Translations under genes and position numbers: made by a program
Shown here: positions 60,601 to 64,000 of the stretch, piece by piece
Layout: the number at the start of each line of letters is the position of its first letter
Position numbering within the stretch: the stretch's first letter is position 1
Notes under the pieces: model-generated
Database searches by the model: none
The model's input: the letters and a program-made list of their open reading frames with translations, nothing else
Told to the model about the DNA's origin: nothing
Assembly (NCBI GenBank): GCA_027622005.1
Contig: JAQBZH010000005.1
Location: forward strand, 19,623-83,622
From: Bacteroidota bacterium
GTDB taxonomy: Bacteria; Bacteroidota; Rhodothermia; Rhodothermales; UBA10348
DNA: 64,000 nucleotides
Direction of reading: 5' to 3'

Positions 60601-62350
60601 TGATCGACTTGATCAAACTGCTGGTAATCGATTCTGCTTTTGCTTTCAGCGATTGGTCTGTTTCAGAAACGACCTTAGCTCTGTTGGATTCGATGATCTC
60701 ATCAAAATCCACTGCCTGAATTCTTTCATTGATCAGCTCGTAGACTTTTTGGTCTAATTCTTTTTGAATACCAGAAACGTCGAAGCTTGAAATCTGCTCG
60801 CTTACGATAGCATCAGCTTCCATTCGAACCTGGGAATTCAAGTCATTCGCGACTGTTTCCAACAATTTCGCTTTGTGTTCAGATACGCTATTCGCGATAT
60901 CTACAGTTTCGAAGTTCTTTTTGAACTCGTCAGAAATAATCTGTGTAATTTCGGATTGAAGACCTGAACTGTCTTTCTTTATGATTTTTTCGGTCCGAGA
61001 TACAACTTCCTTACGAGCACGGTCCAAGCCAGACTCGAGTTTAGTAACACTCAATTCATTCCATTGCTGCTCGACCTGGGTTACCCTGGTTTCAAGTTGT
61101 GCTATAACCGAATCCGAAGCTTTTTTAGTTGCCGATTCGAACAGGTTCTCAACTTCTTTCTGAAACGAAGCAATCATCTCCGAAGAAGTGGCTACTGCTT
61201 TTGCTTTCAGTGATTGGTCAACTTCGGAAACGACCTTAGCTCTGTTGGATTCGACGATCTCATCAAAATCCACTGCCTGAATTCTTTCATTGACCAATTC
61301 GTAGACCTTTTGGTCTAAATCTTTTTGAATACCAGAAACATCGAAGCTTGAAATCTGCTCGGTTACGATAGCATCAGCTTCCATTCGAACCTGGGAGTTC
61401 AAGTCATTTGCGACTGTTTCCAGTAATTTCGCCTTGTGTTCAGATACGCTTTTCGCGATATCTACAGTCTCGAAGTTCTTTTTGAACTCGTCAGAAATAA
61501 TCTGTGTAATTTCGGATTGAAGACCTGAACTGTCTTTCTTTATGATTTTTTCGGTCCGAGATACAACTTCCTTACGAGCACGGTCCAAGCCAGACTCGAG
61601 TCTAGTAGCACTCAATTCATTCCATTGCTGCTCGACCTCGGTTACCCTGGTTTCAAGTTGTGCTAAAACCGAATCCGAGGCTTTTTTAGTTTCCGATTCG
61701 AACAGGTTCTCAACTTCTTTCTGAAACGAAGCAATCATCTCCGAAGAAGTGGCTGCTGTTTGTTGCTCGATGTTTGCAGCGACTCGCGCGAATTGATTGT
61801 TGAGGTTGGACTGAAAGTCGTGGACAACTCCTTCTGAAATTTCAGCTGTCTTCTTCTGAAGGGATGCTTCAATATCTGCCAGCAACGCGTCCTTATTGAC
61901 CTCAACTATATTGTCTAGGTCGATCGTAGACAGTTTCTCTTCGAGAACCTGCCTCGTTTGCGACTCTAAATCTTGCTGGAGGGTGTGAAGATTGATATCA
62001 GCCAAACGCACCTTAACCATGTCAGATGCCAACGATCCAACCCGTTCATCAAGGAGCTCTTGAACCGAAAGGGACAATCTGTCCTCCGTTTCACCAATAC
62101 GAGCATCCAAATTAAGATCTTGTAAGCTTTTTTCAAACTTAGATTCGATCTGGTTCTCTACGCGAGCGCGCAAAGAGCTTGTATCGACGTCTGCAACGAC
62201 GGACTGTACCATTTCATTGAACGATGCTTCGTCCAGTTTTGACACTTCGTCGACAACCTGTTGCATCAAGGATCGCAACAGTTGCTTTTTAACGGCTTCA
62301 CGGGCGTCGACGGAATTTTGTTGGTTCGGTTGATTCTGCTTAGAAAACAT
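57692..62350 (-). CDS. Giant helical-repeat protein with C-terminal GvpL/GvpF (gas vesicle protein) domain
   Basis: Last ~250 aa carry FYMYGIV, GNLTAIVS, HHAGVL, TIIPLRFGTVF, LSRLQDKSEFGIRV, LNSTYLV, EVSGPWPPYHFV, all typical of GvpL/GvpF. Upstream are a P/S/E-rich linker and about 1100 aa of amphipathic helical repeats. No signal peptide or TM seen. Confidence 0.88.
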   Translation of the reverse strand: MFSKQNQPNQQNSVDAREAVKKQLLRSLMQQVVDEVSKLDEASFNEMVQSVVADVDTSSLRARVENQIESKFEKSLQDLNLDARIGETEDRLSLSVQELLDERVGSLASDMVKVRLADINLHTLQQDLESQTRQVLEEKLSTIDLDNIVEVNKDALLADIEASLQKKTAEISEGVVHDFQSNLNNQFARVAANIEQQTAATSSEMIASFQKEVENLFESETKKASDSVLAQLETRVTEVEQQWNELSATRLESGLDRARKEVVSRTEKIIKKDSSGLQSEITQIISDEFKKNFETVDIAKSVSEHKAKLLETVANDLNSQVRMEADAIVTEQISSFDVSGIQKDLDQKVYELVNERIQAVDFDEIVESNRAKVVSEVDQSLKAKAVATSSEMIASFQKEVENLFESATKKASDSVIAQLETRVTQVEQQWNELSVTKLESGLDRARKEVVSRTEKIIKKDSSGLQSEITQIISDEFKKNFETVDIANSVSEHKAKLLETVANDLNSQVRMEADAIVSEQISSFDVSGIQKELDQKVYELINERIQAVDFDEIIESNRAKVVSETDQSLKAKAESITSSLIKSIKSSFNKKLAAVSKSESTELTKQLSQYVADALIKDAPTVEVVVENASKAVVQDEKWIETAKNRVTAELAQRLGTVAKTSIEQSTETISDAANHVYQDFELIASLVENVKGRVVEQIAERTLAQLSDADQTAKAATDHFAFEHDSLISAIGILRTNVLKDVANRTLVTFGDAESIQEDARKWVNEGDSFIQLAVAEVVKTANQVISVLVHQQMSDTESVVRKIAPEFTADTIQIRNAVKASRQELVSRITDFVKTELEDTDKVAQDSSAQIMDDHEAVQKAVRLTVSKMVDEIISLTETRLHCTDRISEEARGRMPKDIPTVVQAADVLENMLLSEVAAYATKRLYEVGLASEKASAFLKADKEIEAVRKALSNKILEAIASDSTADLADTNAVAKRAFHKVDMETVAVVKAIDQVRDQLVASIAESASSRISDVASVVTESRALIPATHASIIGATNKVYDMLIQDVADKSLASVSESDKTAEIVLSRVQEETEVISRVQEIVHDQMIERLLAHALQEIKDKVSDGSHEAEKAFFKSSLKVFAEPVAPSNMNQPLVSEPLVSEPSVSEPEVSAVNAEPSVSPTQETVASIAPELLVSIEPEPSAPESAESDQPVSADVAPERNPNDWTLLSDIQESPRNESSSVDNNQDQSSLDESDNVDVAPSDSTPTPKLWSVSEFTVNSPSTVKTPAGDGSNGLAPEIAEIRKNLNEPTFYMYGIVSTNQVVDSMFAGIEGLQERSVVYSLPCGNLTAIVSKLTDTAFSPYVIRKSMRDNGWLKDQVRHHAGVLSEAKGLMTIIPLRFGTVFSSENGIRRFVETQRSKMLDTLSRLQDKSEFGIRVVCDAERLLSSAEFKGIVDQQKYSKDGGFSLDAIMANVARRIHAPLNDMASEAVSKGVPAAQTAENMIVALNSTYLVPVVGEKNFRARVTTLAQEMRNFGVTIEVSGPWPPYHFVDVDMGGSEEYFMSEIPA
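59075..60391 (-). repeat. Ten tandem 44-aa protein repeats (aa 654-1092)
   Basis: Manual alignment gives nine 44-aa units and one 43-aa unit, 439 aa or 1317 bp in total, e.g. IAERTLAQLSDADQTAKAA..., VANRTLVTFGDAESIQEDA..., IAESASSRISDVASVVTES... Confidence 0.8.
60634..61755. repeat. 561-bp in-frame tandem duplication (187 aa, two copies)
   Basis: Copies 60634-61194 and 61195-61755; about 27 mismatches by hand count (roughly 95% identity) and no indels. Confidence 0.95.
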
Positions 62351-62406
62351 AACAGTGGTCCCGGCATAACCGGGGTAATCGAAAAGGTTTGTTCATGGAT
62401 TCTTTA

Positions 62407-62422
62407 GGCGAACTTCGTGCCT
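62407..62422 (-). promoter_or_regulatory. Candidate sigma-54 (-24/-12) promoter for the giant gene
   Basis: Minus strand AGGCACGAAGTTCGCC versus consensus TGGCACGRNNNTTGCW; exact GG-N10-GC spacing; about 57 bp upstream of the ATG. Confidence 0.35.
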
Positions 62423-62734
62423 GAAACCGATGGAACGGTCTACTAGACCCCAAAAAGCCGTTTTCACGGGCATAAATGGCCTTTATTCGCATTTAAAATG
62501 CTATTCTTGAGCCAAAACGGACCGTCTTTGAAGCGGCTCTGGACTGGAAAACAAAGGAATTGCTTTCTGAATTCCGGAAAATTGTGCCGAATTCGAACTG
62601 GAATAGAAGTTTTGGAGAACGGGTTTGGGACACCTTTTCTGGTGCGTAAATTCCAATACCCATTCGGCGAAATTCAGCCGATTTAAAGCCTTTAACGACG
62701 CTGTCCGGGCGGTAATCATTCAACCTTTTCTGCC

Positions 62735-64000
62735 ATGAACAATCTGTTCTCAAAAACTCCGAACCCCGTAAACGAACCTGTTCGCTCGTACGCACCGGGT
62801 TCACCCGAACGGTCTTCTCTCCGTTCCATGATCAAAAAAATGAAGGGAGAACAGATTGATATCCCAGCATTTATCGGTGGGAATGAGGTCCGCACAGGGG
62901 ACACGATTAAGGTATTGGCTCCTCATGAGCACGCACGCGTCCTAGGTGTAGCTCACCAGTGTAGCGCTCCTCAATTAGATTCGGCTATCTCGGCGGCAGT
63001 ATCCGCTAGACACGACTGGATGCACATGCATTGGTCAGACCGCGCATCCATTTTCCTGAAGGCGGCTGAACTATTGGCCGGCCCGTACCGGGATGTGATT
63101 AACGCATCCACCATGCTCGGTCAGAGTAAAAATCCTTATCAAGCTGAAATTGATTCGGCCTGTGAGTTGATTGATTTTTTCCGTTTCAATGTTCGGTTTA
63201 TGGAGCAGATTTACAGCGATCAGCCCATTTCGTCTCCAGGCGTTTGGAATCGCGTGCAATACCGGGCTCTTGAAGGATTTGTGTTTGCGGTTACTCCATT
63301 CAACTTTACGTCGATCGCAGGCAACCTTCCGACTGCCCCCGCTCTGATGGGTAACACGGTTTTGTGGAAGCCATCATCGACCCAACTCTTATCGGCCTAT
63401 TATCTGTATAAGATGTTTGAGGAAGCCGGTCTTCCGAAAGGCGTCATCAACATGATTCCGGGTAAAGGCTCCACGGTCGGAAATTCGGTTTTTTCATCCG
63501 AACACTTCACGGGGCTTCATTTTACGGGATCGACGGGTACGTTTAATCATATGTGGGCTACCATTGGCAACAATATGAATACCTATAAGACGTATCCAAG
63601 AGTGGTAGGAGAAACGGGCGGAAAAGACTTTATCATGGCCCATCCGAGTGCGGATGCCATTGCAGTCGCCACGGCCATTGTTCGGGGTGGTTTTGAATAT
63701 CAAGGCCAGAAATGTTCAGCAGCTTCGAGAGTGTATGTACCTAAATCGTTGTGGCCCATCATTCGGGACTCGGTTGTTGCGCAGCTGGACGAGATCAAAA
63801 TGGGCCCGATCGAAGACTTCACCAACTTCGTGAACGCTGTAATAGACAGGCCCGCCTACGACAGCATCACTTCGTACATCAAACACGCCCGAACATCACC
63901 CGACGTCGAAATTCTGCATGGCGGTGGTTTTTCGGATGATGTAGGATACTTCATAGAGCCGACCGTCTTGGTATCTAAAGACCCGGCCTACCGCACCATG
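62735..64000 (+). CDS. pruA: L-glutamate gamma-semialdehyde (P5C) dehydrogenase, runs off the window end
   Basis: Manual translation MNNLFSKTPNPVNEPVRSYAPGSPER...TMLGQSKNPYQAEIDSACELIDF...PFNFTSIAGN...HFTGST...GETGGKDF...FEYQGQKCSAASR. Missing from the ORF track because no stop lies in the window. Confidence 0.94.
   Translation, partial: MNNLFSKTPNPVNEPVRSYAPGSPERSSLRSMIKKMKGEQIDIPAFIGGNEVRTGDTIKVLAPHEHARVLGVAHQCSAPQLDSAISAAVSARHDWMHMHWSDRASIFLKAAELLAGPYRDVINASTMLGQSKNPYQAEIDSACELIDFFRFNVRFMEQIYSDQPISSPGVWNRVQYRALEGFVFAVTPFNFTSIAGNLPTAPALMGNTVLWKPSSTQLLSAYYLYKMFEEAGLPKGVINMIPGKGSTVGNSVFSSEHFTGLHFTGSTGTFNHMWATIGNNMNTYKTYPRVVGETGGKDFIMAHPSADAIAVATAIVRGGFEYQGQKCSAASRVYVPKSLWPIIRDSVVAQLDEIKMGPIEDFTNFVNAVIDRPAYDSITSYIKHARTSPDVEILHGGGFSDDVGYFIEPTVLVSKDPAYRTM

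Noticed and set aside
60634-61755. Tandem repeat considered as a CRISPR array or mobile element
   Set aside because: Two long in-frame coding copies with no spacers, terminal repeats, cas gene or transposase.
62493-62804. Short ORFs in the region between the giant gene and pruA, checked as possible gvpA/gvpJ
   Set aside because: No GvpA-type LDRILDKG motif or composition; they overlap one another and pruA and look spurious.

Overview
Bacterial chromosomal window, probably FCB group and most like Rhodothermota (inferred from protein style and gene order such as the three-parvulin/MoxR cluster; no search was run). It is mostly housekeeping and metabolism: partial rimP, nadB, prfB with its +1 programmed frameshift, an aminotransferase, an aldehyde dehydrogenase, a porin-pstS-phoU-pstC-pstA-pstB-pstB operon, rpsA, cmk, the methylmalonyl-CoA mutase/meaB operon, gltX, an ECF sigma/anti-sigma pair, hutF, thrB/thrC, fbp, murA, copA/copZ, purC, moaD/moaE, a LolC/E-type permease and a partial pruA. 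I found no tRNA, rRNA, CRISPR array or mobile element. The best candidate for an undescribed system is a stand-alone 1552-aa protein (57692-62350, minus strand). It ends in a gas-vesicle GvpL/GvpF domain, joined by a disordered linker to about 1100 aa of helical repeats: ten 44-residue units, a 24+40-residue motif and a 561-bp tandem duplication. No other gvp gene is in the window. The second candidate is the phosphate locus, with PhoU fused to a catalytically dead LMW-PTP/ArsC-like domain, two PstB subunits with complementary degenerate motifs, and an adjacent double ATP-cone 2-phosphoglycerate-kinase-like gene. There is also an intergenic structured RNA resembling Acido-Lenti-1.
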